64,000 bases of DNA from Lama guanicoe (lineage: Eukaryota): contig MU056050.1 in the NCBI GenBank assembly GCA_013239625.1, forward strand, positions 5,155,366 to 5,219,365, given 5' to 3'. Made by a program: the position numbers and the translations under genes. Numbering within the stretch: the stretch's first letter is position 1; each line of letters begins with the position of its first letter. Under the pieces are notes generated by a model. It did not search any database and was not told where the DNA came from. It saw only the letters and a list, made by a program, of their open reading frames with translations. Below, piece after piece: positions 40,905 through 53,889 of this stretch.

Positions 40905-41032
40905 TCACCTGTAGAAGAGGAAAATTCAGCCTAGGGGATTTAAATTGTTTTCTCAAGATTACACAGATTTTTACTATTTAGAATTTCAACCCAAAGTTGT
41001 CCTACTGCAATCCTGATGGTCTTACTACTACA
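40905..41032 (-). mobile_element. MIR fragment
   Basis: 'agaggaaaattcagcctagggg...ctcaagattacacag'. Confidence 0.5.
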
Positions 41033-41474
41033 CATGCTTCTCCCAGGCTTATACTTTGTAATTTTCTATGTAAATTTTGTAGACAAAATGAGTGAAAAAC
41101 TTTTACCAGGCGTAAACACAGCCAGTTCATTTGCCTTTGGGCTATGTCTAAAACTCACTGACAGATTCATCCTTTCAGTCATATTTTCTTCTGAACTTCG
41201 TTAATGCCACATGCCTCTCCTTCCAGCTCATATCAATCAATAGCACCCTAGTTATGTTTCTTTTTACTTTATGCAATTCTTTACTGCACCAAGGACTTTA
41301 AAAAGGTTTTGTATTTTGCAAATATTGTTTAGAAACATATAGAACTATGGAAGTTAGATATATATTTGTGAAAATAATAATGAAATAAATTAAATAATAA
41401 TGAAGTAATTAATTTCTAATATGAATACAGGAGTATATCTTCTTCCCTGAATCAAGCTGAAAGTAGTTAGGGGA

Positions 41475-41580
41475 CTAGAAAATGAAAATGAATATATGTA
41501 TATATACGCATGATGGGGACACTGTGCTGTACACCAGAAACTGACACATTGTAACTGATTATACTTCAATCAAAAAAAAA
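41475..41580 (+). mobile_element. Very short young L1 3' tail with poly(A)
   Basis: TSD aaagtagtta at 41460-41469 and 41581-41590; 'tgtgctgtacaccagaaactgacacattgtaactga'. Confidence 0.9.
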
Positions 41581-42777
41581 AAAGTAGTTAAGGCCGTAAA
41601 GAACAATATTTCCCTAATTTTATATATATTTTATTTTTCACTTTGTTCATTCAGTTTGCAGAAAGTTTTATTTAAAAAATATAGCTAGAGTAACTAAAAG
41701 AACCATTGCTTAAAAGATAAGTGATAGGTACAAGTAATTTTGATATCTAGTAGGGCACCAACATTAACATAAAAATCCATTAAATTTGTATCTACAAATA
41801 ATCACTTAATAGAAAATTTTTTTCTTAGCCCAACCTATGAATTCAATATATATACAATCATTTTCCTGTGGAGACTAGTTACATTATTCATTTGCAAGCA
41901 GTAATAGTGAGGTATATTCATCTCTTACAACTCTATATTATTCATCTTAGTTTCTCAAAGTTAATACCCAACTGCCAGTAATGACATTCAAGAAAATTGT
42001 TTGAAGTATCTGCTTATTGCCTATACATAACGATGAAAATATCAGAATTATGATATCACCTCAATTCTAACTTTTAGAGCTTTCAGAGCTAAATAAGTGG
42101 GTCAATTACAATTCATTCTTCTTAGCTAGGGATATTTTAGGATTCAAAAAATTGTAAAGCTTCTATGACCCAATAATAATCAATATATATACTGAATATT
42201 TAAAAGAAGGGAGTTGTCTAAATCTACTTCTGCCTATGACAAAGTCTATTAAAATATCTTTTAATTTCAAGGTTAAAACTTCAATAATCGTGATCACATC
42301 AAACTTGTTCTCCATATGTACTTTAAGTACTTAAGCAAGTCATGAGACCCTTCATATTTTTGCAAAGAAAATTCAACCAACATTAATAGTTTAAGAAACA
42401 AAAATAATTATTTCAATTTCCTCTGACCTAAAAGTATTTAAGTGACTGAGAAATATACAGAGAAAGGAAAAATGAGCTATACTTTTTCACTGTTTGTGTG
42501 TGCTTTTCACATTTAGGTCTCCAGTATGGGAGCTAAAAACATATGGTAAATTTTGCAAACCACCGCAAGTGGCCCAGTGATTAAAAGACACAGTCCTTGT
42601 TCATATAGCACTCATATAGGCAGTATGTTTGTCAATTCATTGACCTCAAAGAGTTGGTAAAAATATAATAATATTTGGGTAGCATATAGAGCGCAGCATA
42701 GGGTGAAAATTCTCTTTATTCCATAACATTCAAGATCCATATTTTCTTATATGTACCACGTATTTCTCATTCATAAA

Positions 42778-43015
42778 AATAACTAGCATTTGAGAGCTTA
42801 TGTGTGCCAAATGTGATTTTGAGTGCTTTTATAGATTTATCTCCGTTAGTCTTCACAATAGCCCAATAAGAGCTATTATTACCTACTTTTTACAGATTAT
42901 GAAATTGAGACCTAGAAAGTTAAATAATTTATCCAAAATTACACAGATAGTAAGTGCTAAAACAGAGTTATGTGTCTAAGCAATCTTGCTGCAGAATCTT
43001 TACTCTGAATTGCCA
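42778..43015 (-). mobile_element. MIR SINE
   Basis: Core 'ttttacagattatgaaattgagacctagaaagttaaataatttatccaaaattacacag'. Confidence 0.85.
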
Positions 43016-43529
43016 ACCTATAACATTACCAAACCCTATTTTTTTCCTTTAAATAGCTCTTTAAGTTGCCTAAGTTTCATTAACTACTGAGTAGTTCAAT
43101 GTTTAACTCCCAACGAGTGTTTACATTAAATCTTTACTTTAATCCTAATAATTATTCATTTTCAGTGAAAAAGTACTAGCAAAACATAAAGTAAAAGTAA
43201 CCAATGCTGGTGAGTTAAATCCCTGGATTTCATTTTCTCCATCTAAATCCTGGGGTAATGCCTGTTTGTTTCTCTTGCTACCTTACCTTCTTAGTATTCA
43301 AATCAATTTACTGTTACTTAATAAATTAAATTTAAATATTAATATCAATAGTATCACTGTTATTTAACCAATATCATTCATATCATTCAATTATTAATAA
43401 ATGTTATTAAATATTAATTTGGAATTAATATTTCAAGTATGTATTTCAAGCTTTCATATTCATAAATACTATCTTTTAATTATTTCACAGAAGAGACACA
43501 CATAAACTCACATATAATTGTGAATTATG

Positions 43530-43655
43530 TATTATTAAACAGCTTTCAAATGAGGAAACTGAGGCACAGAGGTTATGAATTATATGACTAGAAAGATGCA
43601 AAGTGAGGTTCAAAATAGTCTCCTGACACCAAGGAATATATACTTTCTAACACAT
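43530..43655 (-). mobile_element. MIR fragment
   Basis: 'caaatgaggaaactgaggcacagaggtta'. Confidence 0.75.
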
Positions 43656-43799
43656 ACTAAGTACAAATTGAAGCAGTGATTGAAACACTATAGCCTGAAA
43701 ACAATGCCTATTATTACAAGATGGGTGGTAATGAGATAATAGTGTTTTATTCCTTCATTTTGGTTACAGAAAAAAAAGTTTTGAGAGGTATTAAAGAAG

Positions 43800-44180
43800 G
43801 CTAGATTGTGGTAACAGATTAAAATATGAAATGGATCTATAAATAGGTAGTTCATTTCTTACTTACTTAAGAGTCCAAGGAAGTTATACATTTGTTAGTT
43901 CTGCCTTTTCTAGAACTTGATTTCCAGTGTTACCCAGGTGATTGCCATCCAGGTGGCCAGAAAGGAAAAAGAACATGGAGAAGCATATCTAACTTCTTAA
44001 GAGCTCTGGCCTGGAAGTGACACAGATCACCTCTACTCACATGACATATGTGGTAACTAGTGTTTGACCACATAAGATTAGTGATCACGTAACTTGCTGG
44101 CTGGGTAACTGCTACCTAGGTACAAGTGATACTAAAAAATTAGAAATTAGATTAATATGGACAGATAACCACTAATAACC
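43800..44180 (-). mobile_element. Old MLT1-like LTR
   Basis: 'ctggcctggaagtgacacagatcacctctactcacat'. Confidence 0.6.
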
Positions 44181-45499
44181 ATAGGAGGTTATTAGTTGAT
44201 ACTGAGTTCACCAACAGCCTAGAAATAGATCACATATCAGAGGGCATTTTTGTTGTTACATGAAGACCGATGGGTCAATATTCACTGAAGCGAGCATAGC
44301 CATCATGTGTGTATAAAATATATATATATATATATATATATCTCCATGTGTTTGAAGTTAGAAGACATGCCTAAGGCAATTACAGATGAAAATAAACACA
44401 ATAAAATTATGTAAGTTCCATTTTGGCCACCTGCCAAAGGCTCTTTAATAGCTACTCACTCATAATCATTCTTTAATGAAAAATAAATAGAATTATAAAT
44501 GTTGTTAGGCTAATTTACTGTTCATCAGAAATGAGAAATGAATAAAATAATTTACCATTCATACATTTATAATCAAAATCAAATGAGAACTGTTTGTTTA
44601 TTTTTTACTGAAGTCTTTAGCTTGCAGGCCATCAGAAGAGAAATAAAACTTCAGCAACTAAGGACAAAGGGCACTGAGCTGCACCCATTTTCTTTGTAAA
44701 CTGTTGCTTTCTTTGTTAGAAAGGCCTTCACACAAGAAGACAGCTTAGAAATCAACTATAAACGTTCTATTCTGATTCCAAAGACAGAGAAAATACTTAA
44801 ATGAAGTATAAATGTCACATTTTGTTTGGCAGGTTGAATAAAACAAAGTAATGGTTGTTTGCGTGCTGTTAAAAAAAAAGCACTTTTAAGGAGATGTACG
44901 GTTATCACTTTAACTGTAAAATAAATTTGGTTATTGTATTATTTATATAGACCTGAATTATATCTAGAATGTTAAAAGAACAGGGAGTGCATCTGTTGAT
45001 TGTGCTAGCATCGGACTGCCTTCTCATTAACGTGGTTGAGAAATACCCAATAACCTCTAATACCATTCTGACCACAGCTTAAACCTTCCAGTTCAAGTTC
45101 ATTCACCCATGCATGATTATCTAAATACAAGGATGTGCCATGAAGATAAAAGTAGAAATAGCATGATGCCAAACTGTGGCTTAGCTGTCATTCTCATCGC
45201 TCAGTGCAATCATAATAGTTCTAAATTATCAGCCTCTCCTCAAGAGTAGGTAACTATAAGTAACCTACATACACGTGAGTATTTAATTATTGTCTAAATC
45301 AGTAAGACTGATCTTTTAAAAATATTTTAAATATAATCTGTACAGTATAAAATATCAGACAGAAGTCTCAAATTTAATTTTAACTTGATTTTTATCCTGT
45401 GAAAATAAACTTACAGGGAGACAATGTCAAAGACTTTTTAGTATGAGAATAATGTGCACTGTCACATTCCAGAACATTCTTTTTATACAAAGTCAATTT

Positions 45500-46123
45500 T
45501 CTGGTACAACTATTATGGAAAAAAAGGTATGAAGTTTCCTAAAAAGATTGAAAATAGAGCCACTATATGATCCAGCAATTCCACTTCTGGGTATATATCT
45601 GAAGGAAATTAAATCAGTATGTCAAAGAGCTATCTGTACCCCTGTGTTCATTGCAGCATTATTCACAACATCCAAGACATGGAAAGAACCTAAGTGTCCA
45701 TAAAAGGCAAAAGGATAAAGATACATACATATATACAATGGACTATTATTCAACTATAAGAAAAAAGGAAATCCTGACATTGTGACAACCTAGATGGGTC
45801 TTGAGGGCATTATGCTATGTGAGATAAGTTAGAGAAACACAAATACTGTATGATCTTCCTTATATGTGGAATCTGACCCCTCCCCAAATTTATAGAAACA
45901 GAGTAGAATGGTGTTTGCCAGGGGCTGAGGGTAGGGAAAATGGAGAGATGTTGGCCAAAGGATACAAACTTCCAGTTACAAGATGAATAAATTCTGGGGA
46001 TCTAGTGTACAGCATAGTGACTATGGTTAACAATATTGTATTATATACATGAAAATTGCTAAGATACTAGATCTTAAATATTTTCACCACACACCAAACA
46101 TAACTATATGAGATGATAGTGTA
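45500..46123 (+). mobile_element. L1MA9-like 3' end
   Basis: 'tatgatccagcaattccacttctggg...acaaacttccagttacaagatgaataaattctgggg'. Confidence 0.9.
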
Positions 46124-46545
46124 TGATGAGGCCACCCAAGATGGCTGTGTGCCTGCTCTTGGTACAACCCCTGCTTGACCTGTCCCTGCTTCATCTACAT
46201 ACACCCTACTCACAGGACTGACCTTCCCCCTTAATCCATAGAACCTAATCACAGTAAATACCTACATACTTGCCCCTGGGCCCCAGCTAGTGATTGTTCT
46301 AATCTTCAGATCACAATGGTTCCCTTTGATAGTTTAACAAAGGGAAGATCTCTGCCCCAAGAAGGTACTTAGCCCAAGGGGCTAAAATGGAAGTGCCCCT
46401 CTACTGGTTTCCTTGGTAACCAATGAGCCATTCTGAAGTCAATTTAATTTCATAATTTCCCTATTTCTCTCCTGCAGGGAAGACTGCTGCTGCAGCATCC
46501 TGTGTGCTGTCTGCTGTCCATGGTGGGGTGTAGCTCTAGGACTAT
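46124..46545 (+). mobile_element. Truncated LTR-like insertion (unassigned)
   Basis: Starts TG ('tgatgaggccacccaagatggc') abruptly within the L1 3' UTR; CCAAT box near 46420; no 3' CA or TSD found. Confidence 0.5.
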
Positions 46546-47440
46546 ATATATATGATACCATCAAACATCTTTAGAAAAACCAAAGAATTTAAAAAGATTA
46601 ATTATCTGCTCCAGATGTTACTGGACAGAGTGGAGAAAGAAAACTCAAGTTTTCAAATTTCAGTCTCAAGTACCAAAATGACCTGAAATCTTCTATGTGT
46701 GTCCTGAAGGAAACCATTATTGTCTATAGCCTCAGGGCTAAGATTGCTAAAATTCAAAAACAGAATCTCATTCTGTGACTGGCTAAATTACAATGCAAAT
46801 TGAACTCCCATCTCACAGGATTTCTACTGTTAAAATAAAGCCATTGATTGGGAACGAAATGGACCCCTTAATTTGGAATGGAGATATGTGGGAAAATTTG
46901 GATTAAACTGGGGACACTGAGCCCTTAAATTTTAAGGACTCTTTTTTTGCCAGTGGAAGAGGACTCTCCACCCTCAGTAGGAGCAGTTTCTCCACCCTTA
47001 TTGGGGAGGTCTCTCCACAACCATCTGAGGGGATTAACCTTGCACTGACTAGGAGATTGTAATGGCCTCCCTTAAGGCAGTTGCTCTGCAAAACAATGCT
47101 AATTCTTCTCAGGACACACCCTCATCAGCTCCCTTTGCTTCTAGACCTTTAACAAGATACAAGTCTCAGCAGGTCCCTAAAGGTGAGGTACACTTTGTGA
47201 CCCATGAAAATGTGTGCTATGCACCAAAAGAACTACTTGAGTTTTCTAATTTAGACCAACATGTCTCAGACACATGTGTGAGCATGGTTAGAATATTGAG
47301 ATGTGGGATAATGATGGAACACATTTAATGTTGGATCTGGCAGAATTTATTGAGATGAGCTCACTAAGCAGAAATTTTGCATTTAAAGTTGGAGCTCAGG
47401 GAGTTAGGAAGGGCTCAACTGGTTAGCTGGTTGGCTAAGA

Positions 47441-48081
47441 TATTGCTGGTGATTAGGTTCTTGTCTTATCACAGAAAGAATTCTGAGATGAGACATAGAG
47501 GTTAAGAAAGCAAAGTGAGGATTTATTAAGGGATATAGTTCGCTCTCCAGGGGAGAGGGGGCAGGCTCAGGTGAGAAGTTGTGCTGAGTTTCTTTGACAA
47601 GTTGGTTATATGGGGGGTAATAATGAATGGGTGGAATATTCCTTGGGGAGAGAAGGGTTTGAGGTCATATTCCCTGATTTCCATTACAGTTTTACCTTCC
47701 TGAGGGGAGGAGGGATTTTTGTCCTTATTTAGTCTGGATCAGAAGTGTCATGGTGTCAGTGCATGATGGGTACTTCTAATCTACAAGGCTAATTTTATTG
47801 TAATGAGGGCGTGATGAGCAAAATGTTACATTCAGACACTGGAGATTCCTGCCTTTTCCCATCTTTCCTTGTTTGCCTCCAGGACATTTGTTACCCCAAA
47901 ATGTTTATTTCTTATCAGTCCAGAGGTTCCTGCTTTTCTCTGTCTGCTCAAGGACCCCTGTTATTTACATGATGTATGGTTTCCTACATTTGGCCCATGC
48001 CCTACTTTTTTGCCCAATTCCTGCCATTTGGCCTACATCCCCCTTTCTCTGCTCATATCTAGCAGTCTACCTGCTCTGACA
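47441..48081 (-). mobile_element. Solo LTR (about 641 bp, probably ERV1 class) nested in ERVL gag
   Basis: Splits ERVL 'ggttggct|gaaacatggaccaaaag'; right end ...tgaca; tttatt (minus-strand AATAAA) near 47522. Confidence 0.75.
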
Positions 48082-49806
48082 GAAACATGGACCAAAAGGT
48101 GGACTACAGTGAGTGAATTAGAAAAGCCAGATCTGCCTTGATTTAATGTAGAGGAAGGCATTCAAAGGCTTAGAGAGAATGGAATATTAGAGTGGTTATG
48201 TGACTTAAGACCTACTCTCCAACACAGGGAGGTTCCAGAAGACATACCTTTCACTAAAACTCTGAGAAATAAACCTCTGAGGGGAACCCCAGCATCCTTC
48301 AAAAGCTCTGTTGTCGCTCTCATATGTAGGCAAGACCTTTTCATGGGAGAAAAGTCACTGAGTTGGCTAATGTAAATACAGTGGGAGTAATTGGATTCCA
48401 GGTGGCAAGGGTTGAGTGGCATCACTCTTACCATAGGCAAGGTAAATGTGGTTGATTTAATGGACAGTTGTCAAAACAGCAATCAGAATAGTCTGAATCA
48501 TGCAGATCTATGCTTTCGGCTAATCAGTCATAGTGACTGTGCATTGAAATAGAGGGACTAATAAATTATTTCATTTGTAGAAGCTGAAAAGTTCTAGGTG
48601 AAGTGAACAAAAGTCTAAAACTGGATCATAAAAACAAAGTTTTGGATCTTTAATCAATTCCCAGGCTTGAGCCATTTTACATACCCAGAACTCCCTGAAT
48701 GAAGGAGAGTACAGGTCCCCTTGAGGAAGGATCCCAGTACACAGCCAAAGTTGTACACTTACTCCTTCTCTCAGCATTCCCCCAAAGGATCCAATGGCTT
48801 TGTATGAGGGTAACTACACTTGGGAAAAGAAAATCATCAGACCTTTTGTGGATTATAAAACACTGGCTCTCAAAGGACACTCGCTTGAGGAGACCCAGAA
48901 CATCATGCAGTGTACCATTTAGAGTGGGGGGTTATGAAGGTCAGGTGATCACTGGAATGCTGGCTCTGATCCATCTCACAGTGGGCCCAGTGGGTCCCCA
49001 AACCTGCCCTGTGGTTATTTCCCAACAGGATGCATAACTGGAATACATATACTCACATTCTTCACATTGATTCCCTGACCTGTGGTGTGAGGGCTACTAT
49101 GGTGGATTAAGCCAAATGGAAGCCACTAGAACCACATCTACCTATCAAAAATTGTAAATCTTAAGCAATATCACATTCCTGGAGGAGTTAGAGAGATTAG
49201 TGCCAACATTAAGACTTGAACGATATAGGGGTAGTAACTCCCAACACATCCCCATTCAGTTCTCCTATATGACCTATGCAGAAGTCAGATGAATCTTGTA
49301 GAATGACAGTGCATGACTGTAAGCTTTACCAGGTGGTGATTCCAATTGCAGCTGCTGTACCAGATGTGGTTTTATTGCTTGAGCAAATTAACACATCCCC
49401 TGGTACCTGGTTTGCAGCTACTAATTTGGCAAATGTCTCTTTATCCATCCCTGTCCGTACAGTCCACCAGAAGCAGTTTGTTTTCAGCTGGCAAGACCAG
49501 CAATATACCTTCATGTTCTGGTCCAGGGATATAGCAACACTCTAGACCTGTGTCCTAATTTAGTTTGCAGAGATCTTGATCACATTTTACTCCAGTAATA
49601 TATCAGTGTAATTCATTACATTGATGACATTATGCTTATTGGACATCATGATCAAGAATTAGCAGCTACTATTGACTTAATGCTAAGATATTTGCATGTC
49701 AGAGGGTGGGAAATAAGTCCTACAAAAGTTCAGGGTCTTTTTACCATAGTGAAATATCTAGGACAGTGAGGTGTGGATTGTGTTGAGACATCCTCTCTAA
49801 TGTGAA

Positions 49807-50166
49807 TGTTATACACTAAATGTTTGTCCCCCCAAAATTCATATGTTGAAACCTAATCCCCAATGTGATGGTATTTGGGGGTGATGTCATTGGAAGCTGA
49901 TTATGTCATGAAGGTAGAAGTCTCAACAATGGGATTAATGTCCTCATAAAAGAGACTCCAGAGAATTCCCTTGCCCCTTCTACTGTGTGACAATTCAGAG
50001 AGAAAATGGCTGACTATGAACCAGAAAGTGGGCTCTGAATAGACAGTTAAACTGACAGCACCTTGATCTTGGACTTCTCAGCCTCTAGAGCTGTGAGAAA
50101 TGAGTTTCTGTTGTTTATAAACCATGCAGTCTACGGTATTCCATCATAGTTGCCCAAACTAAGACA
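49807..50166 (+). mobile_element. MLT1A/MLT1A0 solo LTR nested in ERVL pol
   Basis: TG...CA, 360 bp, perfect 5-bp TSD gtgaa (49802-49806/50167-50171); 'caccttgatcttggacttctcagcctctagagctgtgagaaa'. Confidence 0.92.
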
Positions 50167-51581
50167 GTGAAGGATTATTATTGTATATGGCCCCTTCTAC
50201 GACCAAAAAAAGAGACACAATGACGAGCCCCCTTCTTCCGATTGTGGGAGCAACATAGTCCCCATTTAGCTGTCTTACTCTAGTCCATTTATCAAGGGAT
50301 CTGAAAATCTGGTAGATGTGAGTGGGGCTCAGAATAAGACAAGACTCTGCAACAGGTCCTTGTTTCTGTGCAAGCTGCTCTACCTCTTGGGCCAGATGAT
50401 CCAGCATATGCAATGGTGCTTTAAGTGTCAGTGTCAGATAGGGATTCTCTTAGGGGCCTTTAACAGGCCCTGATAGGCGAATCATGGCCCAGGCTGTTAG
50501 GATTTTGGAGCAAAGTTCTGCCAGACTCCACATATAACCACTCTCCTTTTGAGAAAGAGCTCTTGACCTGCTACTGGGCCTTACTAAAAATGGACTGCTT
50601 AACAAAGGTTCAACAAATTACCATTTAAACTTAGCTGCCCATCATGAACTAGGTGTTTTCTGACTCATCAAGCCATCAAGTTGGGTAGGCACAACAGCCC
50701 GCCATTATGAAATGGAGATCATATAAGTGATTGGCCCAAGCAGACCCTGAAGGCACATAAACCACATGAAGAAGTGGCCCAAATGCCTGTGATTCCCATT
50801 CTTGCTACACTGCCTTTTCTCTCCCAGCCCGCATCTATGGCTTCATGAGGAGATCCCTACAATCAGTTAGCAGAGGACAGACTAGAGGCTGGTTTACAAA
50901 TGGTTCTGCGTGATATGCAAGTGCTACCTTACAGGGGACAGTTCCAGCACAGCCCTTTTCTGAGATATCCTTGAAGGACAGTGGTGAAGGGAAATCCTCC
51001 AACTGGGCAGAACTTTGAGAGAGAAAGAAATGGTTAAATGTGCCAATATATAACCTGGCCTGTGGCCAGTGGTTTGCCTGGATGGTGGGTGACTTAAAAA
51101 GAACACAGTTGGAAAATTAGTGACAAGAAACTGAGGAAAAGGCCTGTGGATATACCTCTTCTAGTGGGAAAAACTGTAGATATTTGTGTCCCATGTGAAT
51201 GCTCACTGTAAGGTGACTTCAGCAGAGAAGGATTTTAATAATCAAGTGGATAGCATGACCCATTCTATGAATACAAGTCAACTTTTTTTCCCTCTAGTTA
51301 CGCTTGTCATTGTCCAAAGGGCTCAATAAGAAAGTAGATATGGTGGCAGTCTCAGGAGGACATGCATGAGCTCAGCAACATGGGCTTCTATGCACCAAGT
51401 CTGACTTGACTATGGCCACCACTGTTTCCAGTCTACCAACAACAGACCAACACCAAGTCCTCAATATGGCACCGTGCCCTGTGGTATCAGCCAGCTACCT
51501 GGTGGTGGGTTGATCACACTGAATTGCTTCCATCATGGAAGGTATAGCATTTTGCTCTTACTGGAGTAGATACTTTCTAGA

Positions 51582-52825
51582 TCACTAGAGAACATGATCA
51601 TGGGAACAAAAAGCAAAAAATCTGATAGTGAGTCACTAGTAGTAGTAAATGGTACCATTTTCATTCCTTGATTACTGGATCTGTGAAATCCTGGCTCTGA
51701 GTAAAACAACACCATGAATAAATGCTAGAGAGGGTATGGAGAAAAGGGAACCTTCCTACACAGTTAGTGGGAATGTAAATTGGTACAACCACTAATGGAG
51801 GACAATATGGAGATTCCTTAAAAAACTAAAAATAGACTTACCATCTGATCCAGCAATCCCATTCCTGGGCACATATCTGGAGGGAACTCTAATTGAAAAA
51901 GATACATGCACCTCAGTGTTCATAGCAGCACTCTATACAATAGCCAAGACATAGAAATAACCTATATGTCCATCAGCAGATGACTGGATAAAGAAACTGT
52001 GGTATATTTACACACTGGAATACTACTCAGCCATAAAAAGAATAAAATAATGCCATTTGCAGCAACATGGACAGACTCGAAGACTGTCATTCTAAGTGAA
52101 GTAAGCCAGAAAGAGAAAGAAAAATACCGTATGATACCACTCATATGTGGAATCTAAAAAAAGGAAAAAAAAAAGACACTAATGAACTCATGAACTCATC
52201 TACAAATCAGAAACAGACTCACAGACATAGGAAACAATCTTACGGTTACCAGGGGAAAGGGGGTGAGAAGGTATAAATTGGGAGTTCAAGATTTGCAAAT
52301 ATTAACTAGTATATATAAAATAGATAAACAATAAGTTTCTTCTGTATAACACAGGGAACTATACTCAATATACTATAGTAACCTATAATGAAAAAGAATA
52401 TGAAAATGAGTATGTGTATGTGATTGAAAAATTATGCTGTACATCAGAAATTGACACATTGTATACTGACTATATTTCAATTTAAAAAAAACAACACCAT
52501 ATATTGGTCACTGATTAAAAGCATATGCACATTGTGGAGAAAATTGCCTCAGCCCTGGAAGGTACTGCCACCTTGCTGGTCGTGTAACTGAGTCTTAAAA
52601 GACTGTTCCACCATTTTACTGATAAATGCTTCAGGATCATGGTGAACTTGGTAAGATCAGTGAATTCCACGAGCACGGACAATTGCCACACTTGTTTTGC
52701 TGATAAATGAGTTCCTTGATCACAAGCAATGGTATTTCGAATACTACAATGGTGGATAAGGCATTATGTAAGTCTATGGGTGGTAGTTTTGGCAGAAGGA
52801 TTGTGTACAGCGAAGGCAAATATAT
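51582..52825 (-). mobile_element. Inverted ERVL integrase core segment, split by a young L1
   Basis: Minus strand encodes DQGTH (52721-52707) and continues the + strand ERVL from where it stops. Confidence 0.85.
51716..52487 (+). mobile_element. Young 5'-truncated L1 with TSD
   Basis: Perfect 13-bp TSD aaaacaacaccat (51703-51715/52488-52500); closely resembles 4125-4855. Confidence 0.95.
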
Positions 52826-53889
52826 TTGTTAATTGTTACTCACATCTGCAGGAATCAGCCATTATTCAGTTTTAATCTAGGACACATATAAATATCCATG
52901 GAGACTACAGTTACACAAATATATTTTCGGATTCTACAGTGATTGGAATCATGAAATTAGTGGCACTCAGCTGCTTTAGCTCTCTAGGCATATATATTTC
53001 TGTCTTCATCAATCAGCTCTCTGCCAGGAACAAATGCATGGTTACATTTTACCCAGATTGTCCCATTGTTTAAATGAAGGCTATTTAAATAACTTGATGT
53101 TCAGTTTCACCACTTTCGGGCATATTCTGAGCTGGGTACGTAACTATGTTAGTACATCATTTTATGGAACTTGTCTCTGGGGAGCATTCACCCAATCATC
53201 CTGTTCTTTATAGAGAATCTGGAAGGAATCTGGATGCCCTGTAGACAATGGAGCAAGAGCTATTGCTATTCACTTTGCCTGTATTCACTCCAATTAGTTC
53301 AGCAGCTGATTAAAAAAAAGAACATATGAATGGGATTTTGGACTATACAAAAATTGAATGTAAAGAAAGATGACTTCTGTTTGTTATTTTTGTTTTGCAA
53401 GAGACACATTTGTCTGTGACTAAAGCTATTTTAACTGCATAAAATATTTGAATTGGGCTGTGCCATTTAACACAGTTTTTAATTGTGGCGGCTATACTTT
53501 GCCTTACAGATATTTCTCAAGTACAAATTTGCAACATAAGCACACAAATGCATATAAAACATAGTCCATTTCTGTATAACCTTTATATTTCTGACTCATT
53601 TATAACTGTTAATGAAATCCAGGTCAATAAAACAGTTACAGAGAAAGTGGATGCTATATTTTTCTAAACTTGTGTACTTATATGCTGTTCTTGAAAACTG
53701 CTCATTTCCTTGGTATCACAGCATTGAAATATTGTGTAACAAATTGAAAGCATTTGTTAGAATGCATAGCTCACTTAACAATCTGCCTTTGCTTTGTGTT
53801 ATGATTTTCCTACTTGACACAAATAATTCATAATGGTCAATCTTTTATAAGCTTGTAACTTAGGGCAATTCAGGTATCATTATCCTCAT

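Larger units (their letters stand above)
46550..51581 (+). mobile_element. Decayed ERVL internal region: gag, pro, pol (RT, RNase H, IN N-terminus)
   Basis: ORF 49276..49545 'PIAAAVPDVVLLLEQINTSPGTWFAA...HQKQFVFSWQDQQYTF'; YIDD motif at 49617-49628; many stops and frameshifts. Confidence 0.92.

Noticed and set aside
49276..49545. Possible domesticated ERVL pol ORF
   Set aside because: Short RT fragment, frameshifted before YIDD and surrounded by stops and insertions.
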